From the NCBI GenBank assembly GCA_965226795.1, contig CBDDDZ010000004.1, forward strand, positions 704,001 through 768,000: DNA of 64,000 nucleotides. The letters run 5' to 3'. Source of the stretch: Candidatus Latescibacterota bacterium. GTDB taxonomy: Bacteria; Latescibacterota; UBA2968; GCA-2709665. Below the pieces are notes generated by a model. That model had not been told where the DNA came from, made no database searches, and was given only the letters and a program-made list of their open reading frames with translations. Positions 9,620 to 19,974 of the stretch are shown here, in pieces (positions within the stretch are counted from its first letter, which is position 1; the number at the start of each line of letters is the position of its first letter). Position numbers and translations under genes: made by a program.

Positions 9620-12478
9620 ATGTCCATACTTGAATCCTTCATCGCCATTGACCTCGAAACCACCGGTCTGGAACCCCCGGGTGCCGAAATCCTGGAAATC
9701 GGCGCGGTACGGGTGGAAAACGGTCGAATAGTCGACCGTTTCCAGACCTACGTCAAGCCCAGGGGCGTCATTCCGGACGAAACCGTCCGTCTCGCCGGGA
9801 TCACGGCAGCGACGGTCCGGGATGCGCCGCCGGTCGAAGCGGCTTTCGGTGATTTTCGGAGTTTCCTGGCCGATCTGCCCCTCGTTGCCCACCACGGGCG
9901 CTTTGAATCCCGTTTCCTTACCGCCTTTGCCGATTTCCCCATCGAGAATTCGGTGCACAGCGTCAGGGAACTCGCCCGCGCCGCCCTCCCAACCCTCCAC
10001 GATCACCGCGTGGAAACCCTTGCCGGACACTTCTCCGTTCAGTGCGACGCGCCGTACAAGGCCCTGGCCGACGCGGAAACCCTGGCGGGGATCTACCTCA
10101 ATCTGGTAGAACTGCTCCGGTCCGTGTCCCTTCACCTGAAACAGCAAATGCTTCGTTTGCTGCAGGGCTCCAGGTCAGGGTTGCTTCCCATCCTGGTCGA
10201 CCTGGCCAGCGAAGGCGCCAGGAAAGAGTTCCTGAGCTCGAAGCCGGGCGGCCGGCTACCTGACACCCCGCTATTCAATGCAGGAGGGGAGACGCCTCAG
10301 AATCAGGGCGACCCATCCGATCAGCCGCTGGACGCAAAGGCGGTCTGCGACATGTTGGAACCCGGCGGATGCTTTGATGAGGGGATCTCCGGGTACGAAT
10401 ATCGTCCCCAGCAGGTCGAAATGGCGCGGGCCGTGACCGAAGCCATCAATAATGGGCGGCACCTGGCCGTGGAAGCCGGCACTGGCGTGGGAAAATCGAT
10501 CGCCTACCTCGCGCCGTCCATACTCTATGCCGTACAGAACAACGTACGATTCATCGTTTCGACCAACACCAAAAACCTCCAGGAACAACTCTTTTTTAAA
10601 GACATGCCCGTGCTGGCGTCGATCCTGGGCGTGCCATTCCGCTACGCGCTGCTCAAGGGGCGAAACAATTATATATGTCTGAACAGGTGGGATTCCGCTC
10701 TGACCAATCCGGACGCCAGCTTCACGCCGAACGAACGCATCGGTGCGTTGCCCCTGGTGCTGTGGGCGGAAACAACCGGCACGGGGGACATCACCGAGAA
10801 TACAGGATTCGACCCGGGACGAAATGCAAGCCTGTGGGCAAAAATCTGCTCAGACTCGGGCTTCTGCCGCAGCCAGCGTTGCCGTAACAACGGACGGTGT
10901 TTTGCCAACAACATTCGCAGAACCGCCGCAAAAGCGCATCTGGTGGTGATCAATCATTCATTGCTCTTCTCCGATCTTGTCACCGAAAACGCCATCCTTG
11001 GCGAGTACTCCCACCTGGTTTTGGACGAAGCGCACAATCTCGAGAAAGTCGCCGCGCACTACCTGGGCAAGGAACTCAGTATATGGCGGGTCAAGAACAT
11101 CACCGATCAGCTTTGCGGCCCGGGTTCGTCGGACGCGGGTACTCTGCCTGCCCTGAGACGCTGGATCGCCGTTGCGGATCCGGAACCGGCCACCGTCAAA
11201 GCCTTTGACGCCGGCATCAAATCGGCGACGCTTGCGGCACAGGACCTCTGGCTCCGGGCACAGACATTTTTTGAGGACCTTTCCCAACAACTTCTGCAAC
11301 GGGTGGGCGGGCCGGGAAATGCGTACATAGAAAAGATCCGCTATCGACCTGGGGAGTCCACCTTCGATACCCTGGCCGAATCGCTGATGCCGTTTTCGCT
11401 ATCCCTGGACGCGCTCTGCAGCCGCCTTAAAGACCTCTCAGACTGGCTTCGAGACCTGCCCGGGCACACCTTTGTCAACCAGGATGAGATCAGCAACGAA
11501 CTGGTCGGTTGCATCGAGACCACCCAGACAATTGTGGACGACCTGAACGACCTCGTCGCCGCCAACGATGAGAACGCCGTCTACTGGCTGGAATTGCCGG
11601 GGACGGAAAAAAGCGCCGACACCCGGCTTTTTTCCGCTCCTCTGGATGTATCAGAGATGCTGAACGGTGGGCTCTACGAAGGTAAATCCTCCATCGTTTT
11701 TACGTCCGCCACGCTGGGTATCCGCGGCAGGCTTACCTATTTCCTCCGGCGCATGGGCCTCGAAACCATGCCCGAGACCCGCCTGCAGACCCTGTGCCTG
11801 GGCTCCCCGTTCGACTACCGGAAACAGGCTCTCGTATGCACGCCACGCTTTATGCCGTCGCCCAAATCCGCCGAATTTCAGCAAGCCGTGGACACGCTGC
11901 TGCACGAACTCATGCTCAAGACAAAACGGGGCATGCTGGCACTCTTCACCTCGTACGGTATGTTGAACCGCACGTACGACGCCATTAAGCCAGACCTGCG
12001 CTCTAACGGCGTTCTCGTGCTGGGACAGGGCATCGACGGATCCCGCACGAATATCACGAACCGGTTCAAACTCGAAGAAACCGCCATGCTCCTGGGCACC
12101 GACAGCTTCTGGGAAGGCATCGACGTTCCCGGTAACGCGCTCCAGGTTCTAGGCATTGTACGTCTGCCATTCGCCGTGCCCTCGGAACCGCTTGTAGCCG
12201 CTCATATCGAAGAACTGGAAAAACAGGGCAAAGATCCGTTCCTGAATTACTCGGTACCCGAAGCCATCCTGAAGTTCCGGCAGGGATTTGGAAGACTGAT
12301 CCGCAACAAGACCGACCGGGGCGCGGTCGTCGTGCTGGACAGCAGGGTACTCAGCACCCGATACGGTCGGGCCTTTCTGCAGGCCCTGCCGGTGGGCCAT
12401 CACACTTTCAATACCCGGGAAGAGATGATCGGCGCCATCGCCGCCTGGTTTGAAGACACAAACGGAACAAACCATTGA
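9620..12478 (+). CDS. dinG: DinG-family SF2 helicase with N-terminal DEDD (DnaQ-like) exonuclease domain
   Basis: IDLETTG; YEYRPQQ, EAGTGVGKS, DEAH, TSATL, SFWEGIDVPG, QGFGRLIR. Confidence 0.92.
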   Translation: MSILESFIAIDLETTGLEPPGAEILEIGAVRVENGRIVDRFQTYVKPRGVIPDETVRLAGITAATVRDAPPVEAAFGDFRSFLADLPLVAHHGRFESRFLTAFADFPIENSVHSVRELARAALPTLHDHRVETLAGHFSVQCDAPYKALADAETLAGIYLNLVELLRSVSLHLKQQMLRLLQGSRSGLLPILVDLASEGARKEFLSSKPGGRLPDTPLFNAGGETPQNQGDPSDQPLDAKAVCDMLEPGGCFDEGISGYEYRPQQVEMARAVTEAINNGRHLAVEAGTGVGKSIAYLAPSILYAVQNNVRFIVSTNTKNLQEQLFFKDMPVLASILGVPFRYALLKGRNNYICLNRWDSALTNPDASFTPNERIGALPLVLWAETTGTGDITENTGFDPGRNASLWAKICSDSGFCRSQRCRNNGRCFANNIRRTAAKAHLVVINHSLLFSDLVTENAILGEYSHLVLDEAHNLEKVAAHYLGKELSIWRVKNITDQLCGPGSSDAGTLPALRRWIAVADPEPATVKAFDAGIKSATLAAQDLWLRAQTFFEDLSQQLLQRVGGPGNAYIEKIRYRPGESTFDTLAESLMPFSLSLDALCSRLKDLSDWLRDLPGHTFVNQDEISNELVGCIETTQTIVDDLNDLVAANDENAVYWLELPGTEKSADTRLFSAPLDVSEMLNGGLYEGKSSIVFTSATLGIRGRLTYFLRRMGLETMPETRLQTLCLGSPFDYRKQALVCTPRFMPSPKSAEFQQAVDTLLHELMLKTKRGMLALFTSYGMLNRTYDAIKPDLRSNGVLVLGQGIDGSRTNITNRFKLEETAMLLGTDSFWEGIDVPGNALQVLGIVRLPFAVPSEPLVAAHIEELEKQGKDPFLNYSVPEAILKFRQGFGRLIRNKTDRGAVVVLDSRVLSTRYGRAFLQALPVGHHTFNTREEMIGAIAAWFEDTNGTNH

Positions 12479-13947
12479 ATCCCCAGGGCGTGACATCCAT
12501 CAAGGAGCCCCTGGCGAAACTGCTCGCGCAGGTGCCCCAGGTGAACCATCCGCTGATCGGCCAGGCGTATCACCTCGCCAACGCGAGCCACGAAGGACAA
12601 CACCGGGATGAGGGGCAGCCGTTTATTACCCATCCCATCGCCGTGGCGCTCATCCTGGCATCCGAACTCGGCTTCGCCAGAGATACGGATATGATTTCCG
12701 CCGCCCTGCTCCACGACGCCGCGGAAGATTCCGTGCTGACCCCGGACGAGGACATCCTGCCCACGTTCGGCGCCCGGGTCACCGAACTGGTGAAGGGCGT
12801 AACCAAAGTGGACGAACCCGGCACCCGCAGCCGGTCGGCCCGCCGGTCCGCGACGCTCCAAAGGCTGTTCACGGCCGCACGCCGCGACCCGCGGGTACTC
12901 ATTCTGAAACTCGCTGACCGGATGCATAACATGCGCAGCATCGCGGGCATCAAGGAAGCCAAACGCCAACATCGAATTGCACAGGAAACCATCGACGTCT
13001 ACGCGCCGCTTTCCCGCCTGCTGGGCATGGACCGCATACGCAGGGAACTGGAAGACCGCAGCTTCGGCTGCCTCCACCCCAGGGTCTACGACCAGCTTGT
13101 CCGCCTGATGCAAGATGGTCCGCCACAATCCTATCTCGACTTTCAGACCGGGATGCGCGATATTTTCGCGGACCACGGAATCCGCACACGCACCCGGCTC
13201 CAGACCAAGACGCTGAGGAGTATCTACCGAAAAACCACTGGCACCCGATCCGGCGGTACGCCCCTGCCTGTAGACAGCGTCCACGACCGATACACCGTCA
13301 TCGTTATCGCCTCCAATCGTTACGCGTGCTACAGGACCCTGGGAATTATCCATCACCGGTTCACCCCTCTGGTGGATGGAATAAAGGATTTTATCGCCTC
13401 GCCCAAACGGAACGGTTACCAGGCGCTTCAGACGACCGTCATCGACAAAGGGCAGCGCTTTGAAGTCGTCATTCAGACCCCTTCCATGTACAGAATGGGT
13501 GAACTGGGCGTGGCGACCCTTCGCGGCGGAGAATTTCAGGAAGAGCGGCGGACCCGATGGCTTCAGGAACTGGCCGAATGGCATGAACACGGCGGTTCGG
13601 GCGTTCAATTCCTGGATGAGGTCAAACGCATGCTCTTTGTCCATGAAATGGCCGTATTCACACCCAACGGCGATCCCATTATTCTGCCCGAAGGCGCCAC
13701 TCTCACGGACTTTGCGTTTGCCGTCCACACAGACCTCGGCCTCCACTGCATCGGCGGGCGCATCAACGGCAAACCCGCATCGCGTTTTTCGGTTCTGAAC
13801 TGGGGCGACACGATCGAAATAGAAACCGCGCCCCACCAGCAACTTAAACGCAACTGGCTGCGTTATGTAAAGACCTACCGCGCCCGCCGCCTCATCCGGC
13901 GGCACATCACTCGCGCGGAATCGTCCGGCGAACAGATTATCGAGTAA
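12475..13947 (+). CDS. RelA/SpoT homolog: HD hydrolase + degenerate synthetase + TGS, no C-terminal ZFD/ACT
   Basis: HPIAVA, LLHDAAED, KLADRMHNMR; PKRNGYQ; VFTPNG....LP.GAT..DFAFAVHT.LG..C.G. Confidence 0.9.
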   Translation: MNPQGVTSIKEPLAKLLAQVPQVNHPLIGQAYHLANASHEGQHRDEGQPFITHPIAVALILASELGFARDTDMISAALLHDAAEDSVLTPDEDILPTFGARVTELVKGVTKVDEPGTRSRSARRSATLQRLFTAARRDPRVLILKLADRMHNMRSIAGIKEAKRQHRIAQETIDVYAPLSRLLGMDRIRRELEDRSFGCLHPRVYDQLVRLMQDGPPQSYLDFQTGMRDIFADHGIRTRTRLQTKTLRSIYRKTTGTRSGGTPLPVDSVHDRYTVIVIASNRYACYRTLGIIHHRFTPLVDGIKDFIASPKRNGYQALQTTVIDKGQRFEVVIQTPSMYRMGELGVATLRGGEFQEERRTRWLQELAEWHEHGGSGVQFLDEVKRMLFVHEMAVFTPNGDPIILPEGATLTDFAFAVHTDLGLHCIGGRINGKPASRFSVLNWGDTIEIETAPHQQLKRNWLRYVKTYRARRLIRRHITRAESSGEQIIE

Positions 13948-14048
13948 CCGGGAATCCACGTGCGAATCGCCGATGTCACACCCGGGTCGGTGTTTTCTTT
14001 CGACAATCCATCATTTGCATTTTCCGTAAATCACTGAGGAGTCAAGGT

Positions 14049-14390
14049 TTGAAATCCCACTTTTCCCTCTTAGCTGTCTTCCTGTTCCTCGTAGCCTGTG
14101 GCCAGGACGCCGGACGCGTACAGGCTGAAATCGCGGCGCAGGAAAAGAAGATCGTCCACGCAAAGACAGTTTTTGCACTCGAACAAAAGCGCCAGGTAGA
14201 GTTGCAGGACAGCCTCGAAATCAATATCCGGCAGAATATCGCCCTGAATATGGACACAACCGCTGCCATGTCGATCGAAAAAGACCGCCTGAAACTCCAG
14301 GAAACAATTGTCGAAACATCGAAACGCAACCTCGACAGCCAGGAGGAATTTCAGGCCCTCCTGAAAAAGCGCCTTCAAGCCCTCAGATAA
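14049..14390 (+). CDS. Putative lipoprotein (coiled-coil)
   Basis: GAGGAG RBS; signal peptide ending LVAC lipobox. Confidence 0.7.
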   Translation: MKSHFSLLAVFLFLVACGQDAGRVQAEIAAQEKKIVHAKTVFALEQKRQVELQDSLEINIRQNIALNMDTTAAMSIEKDRLKLQETIVETSKRNLDSQEEFQALLKKRLQALR

Positions 14391-14791
14391 CCCCTGTCAG
14401 CCCCCGGATCGATCAATCCGCTGCACAGGAGTATGGTCCCGCTCGGCGGAAAAGCCCGATCTGCCGTTCCCATGCCGCTGCGGAGCCATACGATCCGAAG
14501 ACGCTGACCGGGAGGCAACGCGACTGGCTTAAACAGATCAAGAGATACGCCCTTAGGGGAACCGAACCGGCATTGACTGCTGGCGGTACAAGCCCCACTT
14601 TCTTGTATTATAGTCACCCTGGACAATGCGAGCATTAAATGGGTCCGGGGCTACCACGCACTAATGTTCGACAACCCGCCTTTTGAATTTTTCCGCGTCC
14701 GGGCGCAGTTTCCGGCCCTTCATGCGATGCGCGGAAGCGGGGCCGCCCGGTCCGACAGTGCGGCCTCACGCGCCACTGGCAGGAGATCCCG

Positions 14792-16357
14792 ATGAACGAT
14801 GACTCAGCATTGATCGCACACTGGAAGTTGAACGGCGACTGCCGTGATCGTGCAGGCGTCAACCACGGAGAGAATCACGGCGTAGCCTTTTCCACTGACG
14901 GCGCCGGATTCGACGGTCGCGGCGCCCACGTCCTGGTGCCCTCCACCCGCTCGCTCAACTTCGGCACCGATGATTTCTCCATTTCCGTCCACGTTCATAC
15001 CGACGAAATCCTGGACGACGTGCCCGGAGACATTCTCAGCAAATACGACCCCGCCACCCGCACCGGCTTTAACTTTGGACTGGCGAACAGCGCGGGCGTC
15101 ACAGCAGCCCAATCCAACTACCGCCACCTCCATTTCGGTATCGACAGCGGCAGTACGTGTGAGTGGATGGACTGCGGTCGCCCCGGTAACAACCTGCGCG
15201 TCTACTCTCTGTGCGTTTACGATGGCGATCTCTACGCGGGTACGTTCGAAACCGGCGCGGACGAGTCGGGCGGCGTCTACCGGTACGACGGAGACGCCGG
15301 ATGGATCGACTGCGGGCACCCGGACAGGTGCAATACCATGGCATCGCTCTGTGTTTTCAGCGGAACTTTATACGCGGGATCCTCCCGCTACAAGGCCGGC
15401 GGTTCCGCCCTTCCCGAATCCGAAAACCAGAACCCGGGCGGCAACATGTTCAGGTACGAAGGCGGTTCCGACTGGACACCCATCGGCCACCTGGAAGGCG
15501 CGGATTCCTGTGCCGGAATGGCCGTCTACAGGGGCCGCCTCTACGCAATCCCCCTCTACAGCCAGGGCGTTTTCCGCTACGGCGGCGGTGACGTCTGGAG
15601 TCACTGCGGCACCCCGGGGCGACGCATGATGTCCCTGGGGGTATTCAACGGCCATCTGTACGGCGCAGGAAACGAAGGAGATGCAGACGGCGGCGTGTTC
15701 CGCTACGACGGCGGAACCGGGTGGGCGCACGCCGGCGGCCAGGAGGGCGTGAACCAGGTCTATTCGTTTGCCGCCCACAACGGCAGACTCCACGTGGGCA
15801 CCTGGCCGGAGGGCAAGGTCTTCCGGGACGACGGCGACGACACATGGACGTGCGCCGGACGCCTGGGCGAGGAACTGGAAGTCATGGCGATGGCCGTCTA
15901 CAACGGCAAACTCTACGCCGGTACCCTGCCTCTTGGCCAGGTCTACCGGTACGACGGGGGTGACACCTGGACCCTCACGGGCCAACTCGACACAACCCCG
16001 GACGCGAAATACCGCCGCGTCTGGTCCATGGCCGTTTACCGGGGGAAACTCTTTGGCGGCACGTTGCCATCCGGCCACGTCTACGCAATGGAGGCCGGCG
16101 CGAACGTGAGCCACGACCGCGAACTCGCGGCCGGATGGCGGCATCTCGTGGCGGTCCGCCAACGCAACCGGCTCCTTCTCTACGTCGACGGCAAACATGT
16201 TTCCACGTCGTCGACCTTCGATCCCTCGGTATTCGACCTCACGAACGACATGCCCCTCAGGATCGGCGCCGGTGGCGCTGACACCTTCAACGGGCGGCTC
16301 AGGGATCTTCGTCTCTATGGCCGCGCCCTCACCGGGGCGGAAATCGCGAATCGGTAA
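14792..16357 (+). CDS. LamG-like jellyroll protein with an inserted seven-repeat beta-propeller
   Basis: LIAHWKLNG..FDG..DFSIS and WRHLV..LYVDG..FNG.L.DLRLY.RALT flank seven W...G....(S/A)(L/M).V(Y/F).G.LYAG...V(Y/F)RY.G repeats. Confidence 0.8.
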   Translation: MNDDSALIAHWKLNGDCRDRAGVNHGENHGVAFSTDGAGFDGRGAHVLVPSTRSLNFGTDDFSISVHVHTDEILDDVPGDILSKYDPATRTGFNFGLANSAGVTAAQSNYRHLHFGIDSGSTCEWMDCGRPGNNLRVYSLCVYDGDLYAGTFETGADESGGVYRYDGDAGWIDCGHPDRCNTMASLCVFSGTLYAGSSRYKAGGSALPESENQNPGGNMFRYEGGSDWTPIGHLEGADSCAGMAVYRGRLYAIPLYSQGVFRYGGGDVWSHCGTPGRRMMSLGVFNGHLYGAGNEGDADGGVFRYDGGTGWAHAGGQEGVNQVYSFAAHNGRLHVGTWPEGKVFRDDGDDTWTCAGRLGEELEVMAMAVYNGKLYAGTLPLGQVYRYDGGDTWTLTGQLDTTPDAKYRRVWSMAVYRGKLFGGTLPSGHVYAMEAGANVSHDRELAAGWRHLVAVRQRNRLLLYVDGKHVSTSSTFDPSVFDLTNDMPLRIGAGGADTFNGRLRDLRLYGRALTGAEIANR

Positions 16358-16426
16358 AATCCGCGGGCCGTCCCGCCGCAGGGACAGGAGCGGAACCCGG
16401 ATACCAACACCTATTGGAGGACCGAG

Positions 16427-17752
16427 ATGTTAAAAGCAGGCGCATCCAGGGTCAACATTACCCCGTTTCTGGGCGGGCCGATGGCGGGTTACTCGGCGCG
16501 CAACCGGGGCAGCGAGAGTATCCACGACGAACTCCATGCCAAGGCGCTGGTGCTGGATGACGGCAGTACCGGCGTCGCGCTGGTTACCACCGACCTCATT
16601 GGCATAGATCGGGAGTTCGCGGAGAACGTCCGCGGCCTTGTCGAAGAGCGGGTCGGACTTCCGCCGGACCGGGTCTGGATGTGCGGGTCCCACACCCATT
16701 TCGGACCGGCCGTAAGCACAAGCCGGACGAACGACGGTAACGTCGATCCCTTTGACCGGGCCTACGGGGACGTCCTGGCGGCAAAGCTGGCCACCGCCGT
16801 ACAGTTGGCCCATAGCCGGTTGTGCCCTGCCCGCCTGGGGGCCGGCGCCACCCGCGCCGAAGGCATCAGCTACAACCGCCGGCTCATTCGCGACGACGGC
16901 AAGGTGGAAATGAGCCTCACGCTGCCGCTACCATATGAGGGCCTCAAGTTCGGTCCCGTGGACCCGGAAGTGGGCCTCCTCAAAATAGAAGGCGAAGACG
17001 ACGGCGACACCATCGCCTCGCTCGTCAACTTTGCCTGTCATCCCGTCTCCAGCACCGACCGCATGTATGAATTCACCGCCGACTATCCGGGTTACGCCAT
17101 GGACCTTATCGAGTCCGCAGAAGGCGGCATCTGCCTGTTCGCCCTCGGCTGCGCGGGCAATATAGTTCCCATACAGCGGCAGGGCCGGTCCAAACGCCAG
17201 GTGGGTCTGTCGCTTGGCGGATGCGCATTGAACGCACTCCAGTGGATTCGGACCACCGGTCAGGTACGCATCCGCGCCGCCAGAAAGTCGATCGAATTGC
17301 CCCTGCGCAAATTTCCGCCAGCCGCGCGAATGGAGCGGCAAATTGCAGACGCGGAGGCCGCGCTGAACAGTGCGATGAAAAGGAAAGCGCCGTCACGAGA
17401 AATAACCGAATGCCGGGAAGCACTGGGTCTTGCCAGAAGTCTACCCCGCTGGTCGGAACGTTTCGGCGGAAGGAAGACCCGTTCCACGGAAATCCAGGTC
17501 TTCTGGATCGGCGACGTCCCGATTATCGGGCTGCCGGGAGAAGTCTTTGTCGAACTCGGGCTCCGGATCAAGAAAGCCCTGGATGCCTACCCGGTTCTGG
17601 TTGTAAGTCTCAGCAACGACAGTGCGGGGTACATTCCGGTCCGCCATGCATACCGGCAGGGCGGTTATGAATCCAATGTGTCGGCCTTCGCTCCCGGCTG
17701 CGGCGAACACCTCGTGAAAGAAGCCCTCGACCTGGCCGAATCGATACGATAG
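16427..17752 (+). CDS. Neutral/alkaline ceramidase-like hydrolase
   Basis: AG....ITP, HD.L.AKAL, SHTHFGP, NRR, NFACHP, GCAGN, LPGE.F, GYE. Confidence 0.85.
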   Translation: MLKAGASRVNITPFLGGPMAGYSARNRGSESIHDELHAKALVLDDGSTGVALVTTDLIGIDREFAENVRGLVEERVGLPPDRVWMCGSHTHFGPAVSTSRTNDGNVDPFDRAYGDVLAAKLATAVQLAHSRLCPARLGAGATRAEGISYNRRLIRDDGKVEMSLTLPLPYEGLKFGPVDPEVGLLKIEGEDDGDTIASLVNFACHPVSSTDRMYEFTADYPGYAMDLIESAEGGICLFALGCAGNIVPIQRQGRSKRQVGLSLGGCALNALQWIRTTGQVRIRAARKSIELPLRKFPPAARMERQIADAEAALNSAMKRKAPSREITECREALGLARSLPRWSERFGGRKTRSTEIQVFWIGDVPIIGLPGEVFVELGLRIKKALDAYPVLVVSLSNDSAGYIPVRHAYRQGGYESNVSAFAPGCGEHLVKEALDLAESIR

Positions 17753-17807
17753 GCCATCGATCCACCAACCCGCGCCTCCGGGCGCGGCCCATGACAAGGA
17801 AACGCTT

Positions 17808-19112
17808 ATGTCGATACTCACGTGTCTGTTTCTCTTCGTTGTGGTCCTTCACTTCACCAGAACACGTGCGGCTGCCGCCGAAATCACACTCGCAGCCGGC
17901 GTGGCCAGAACCGACATCACACCCGATCCCGCGATGGTGAACTGGGTGGATGGCAGGCCCTATGACGGCGTTCTGGACCAGCTCACTCTGCGAGGACTCG
18001 TTCTTTCGGACGGTAACACCGAGTTCGCTTTGATCTGCTGGGATCTCATCGACGCGACGGAGGAATGTGTCATCGACGTCCGCAGGGCGGTTCGCGGCGC
18101 AACAGGCATCCCGGAAACGCACATCCTCGTGGCCGCCTCGCACACCCACTCGTCGCCCCGGTCCCCATTTGCCGGATCCACGTTTCCCGGCCGCGGGAGC
18201 GAACGCCTGAGAGCCATTCTGGACGATCCCGTCTTCCAGGCCTGGGGCCGGCGTCTCCCCGGACGATGCGCGGATGTCCTGAAACGAGCGCAGGACCGCC
18301 GGCAACCCGTCACCTTGAACATCGGCCGCGCGAATGTCTCGGAATGGTTATTCAATCGGCGGCCCCTCGATCCCGATGGCAACGTTGTTACGATGTTTCA
18401 ACCCAGAGATCCGCACACGCTGCCTGACGGACTGCGTTTCGGCTCGCTGGATCCCACCCTGACCGTCCTCGCCCTCCAAAACGCAGACAACACCAACGTT
18501 GCGACTGTCTACAGCGCGCCATGCCACCCCGTCTCCATCTATCCCTACCACCGCGGCGTTTCGGCAGACTGGCCCGGGCCGGCCAATGAGCGGATTTCCG
18601 AAGTCCTGGGAGGCGAAACCTTTTTTTTGCAAGGCTGCGCCGGAGATATCGTCCCCGCCACCCGAGGGGAAGCGGCGCGCACGGAAATGGCCCGTTTCTT
18701 TGCGGAACGGGCCATCGCGGCCGCGCGGAGTTCCCACCGCCTGCCTTCGTCGCCTCTGAAGGTCACGACCGGGGTTGTCGGCCTGCCGCTCGTATCCGAA
18801 GCACGAAAGGAAGCCGGCGCCGACATCCGACCGGTCGAGCTTCAGGTGTTTGTTTGCGGACCCTTGGGCCTCGCCGTGCTGCCCGGCGAACCCCTCAACG
18901 GACTCGCGCGTGAGATTCAGGCGCGTTCACCCCTCCCGCACACGCTTGTTATCGGCTACGCCAATGGCCGCGGGGTGAGTTACGTTGGCCTTCCCGGAGA
19001 AAAGGCCAGAGGCGGATACGAAGCGGGCGCCGGCCCGGGTACCGAAGAAGCCGGCGACTTTCTCGTCCAGACCGCTATTCGGCTGCTTCGGGAAGCGGTT
19101 GAAGATATCTAA
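17808..19112 (+). CDS. Second neutral/alkaline ceramidase-like hydrolase, possible signal peptide
   Basis: DITP, ASHTHSSP, NRR, CHP, SADWPG, QGCAGD, LPGE, GGYE. Confidence 0.85.
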   Translation: MSILTCLFLFVVVLHFTRTRAAAAEITLAAGVARTDITPDPAMVNWVDGRPYDGVLDQLTLRGLVLSDGNTEFALICWDLIDATEECVIDVRRAVRGATGIPETHILVAASHTHSSPRSPFAGSTFPGRGSERLRAILDDPVFQAWGRRLPGRCADVLKRAQDRRQPVTLNIGRANVSEWLFNRRPLDPDGNVVTMFQPRDPHTLPDGLRFGSLDPTLTVLALQNADNTNVATVYSAPCHPVSIYPYHRGVSADWPGPANERISEVLGGETFFLQGCAGDIVPATRGEAARTEMARFFAERAIAAARSSHRLPSSPLKVTTGVVGLPLVSEARKEAGADIRPVELQVFVCGPLGLAVLPGEPLNGLAREIQARSPLPHTLVIGYANGRGVSYVGLPGEKARGGYEAGAGPGTEEAGDFLVQTAIRLLREAVEDI

Positions 19113-19245
19113 CGGGAACGGCGAATCCTGTTTAAATACGGCCCACGCGTTTTTGTTTGATCACCTGTCGGGGGACAACGGCTCCGTTGAACCTCGTTCC
19201 GGTGCGACGATAGCCTTTACCTCCCACCTCGTTTTTTTCCTCTTC

Positions 19246-19410
19246 GTCCTTTTTCTTGTGCGCTGGGAAAAAGGACCAAAGAAAAGCCCGCCGGAGACAT
19301 GATTTTCAAAAAAAGATGGGCCGTTCGCCGGGCCCATCGAATTCTTTTCCTTCTTTCTCTTTGTTTTTTATTATTTTACGCCCTTTTTCTTTCTCGCAAA
19401 GGAAAAGGGC
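19246..19410. repeat. Two 31-nt hairpin repeats around a GC hairpin
   Basis: GTCCTTTTTC..GAAAAAGGAC (19246-19276) and GCCCTTTTTC..GGAAAAGGGC (19380-19410); GATGGGCC..GGCCCATC (19315-19338). Confidence 0.7.
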
Positions 19411-19680
19411 CAAAAAGAACGGCGCCGCTCGGCGCGGTGCCGGTTTTTCCGTGAATCACCTCAGTGGCACAAATGGAAATCGGGTGGCCTACAAGCCCTC
19501 CTTGAACTCCCGACCTACGGAGTTTTACGGAATGACACGGAAAAACCCCCATCCCACCTCCGGCCGGTCGTGAGTATTCGAGGCAAGGACCCCGGTCTGG
19601 ATTTGGGGTTATACCGGCTTTTTCTGAACACTGCTTTTCCCTTTGTGCCTTCGTGTGAGGCCGGCTTTTCTGGTTTTTCT

Positions 19681-19717
19681 CCCCCTCTCCCCTGGGAGAG
19701 GGGGCCGGGGGGAGAGG
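19681..19717. repeat. REP-like palindrome
   Basis: CCCCCTCTCCC-CT-GGGAGAGGGGG-CCGGGGGGAGAGG. Confidence 0.65.
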
Positions 19718-19974
19718 TCTGCGCCCTTCGCGGTCGTCCACATAATAGCGCTGACGTCAACTGATTCGGTTTTTGGTTTTGGCTGACAGCTGACCACTGA
19801 TAGCTCTTTCTACGGGGGCCAGGAGGAGAGGTCCCGCGCGTCGTTGAGCGACTGTGTCGCGACGATGGCGATGGTTTTCCCGTATTTGTGCAGCAGTGAT
19901 ATCATCGGTCGTCTCGAAAAAAAAGACCGCGAACAACAGGCCCGCGGTCTCTGAAAGTCATAAAAAAGCCAGCA

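Noticed and set aside
14391..14791. Riboswitch or ncRNA in the 400-bp intergenic region
   Set aside because: No recognisable conserved RNA motif
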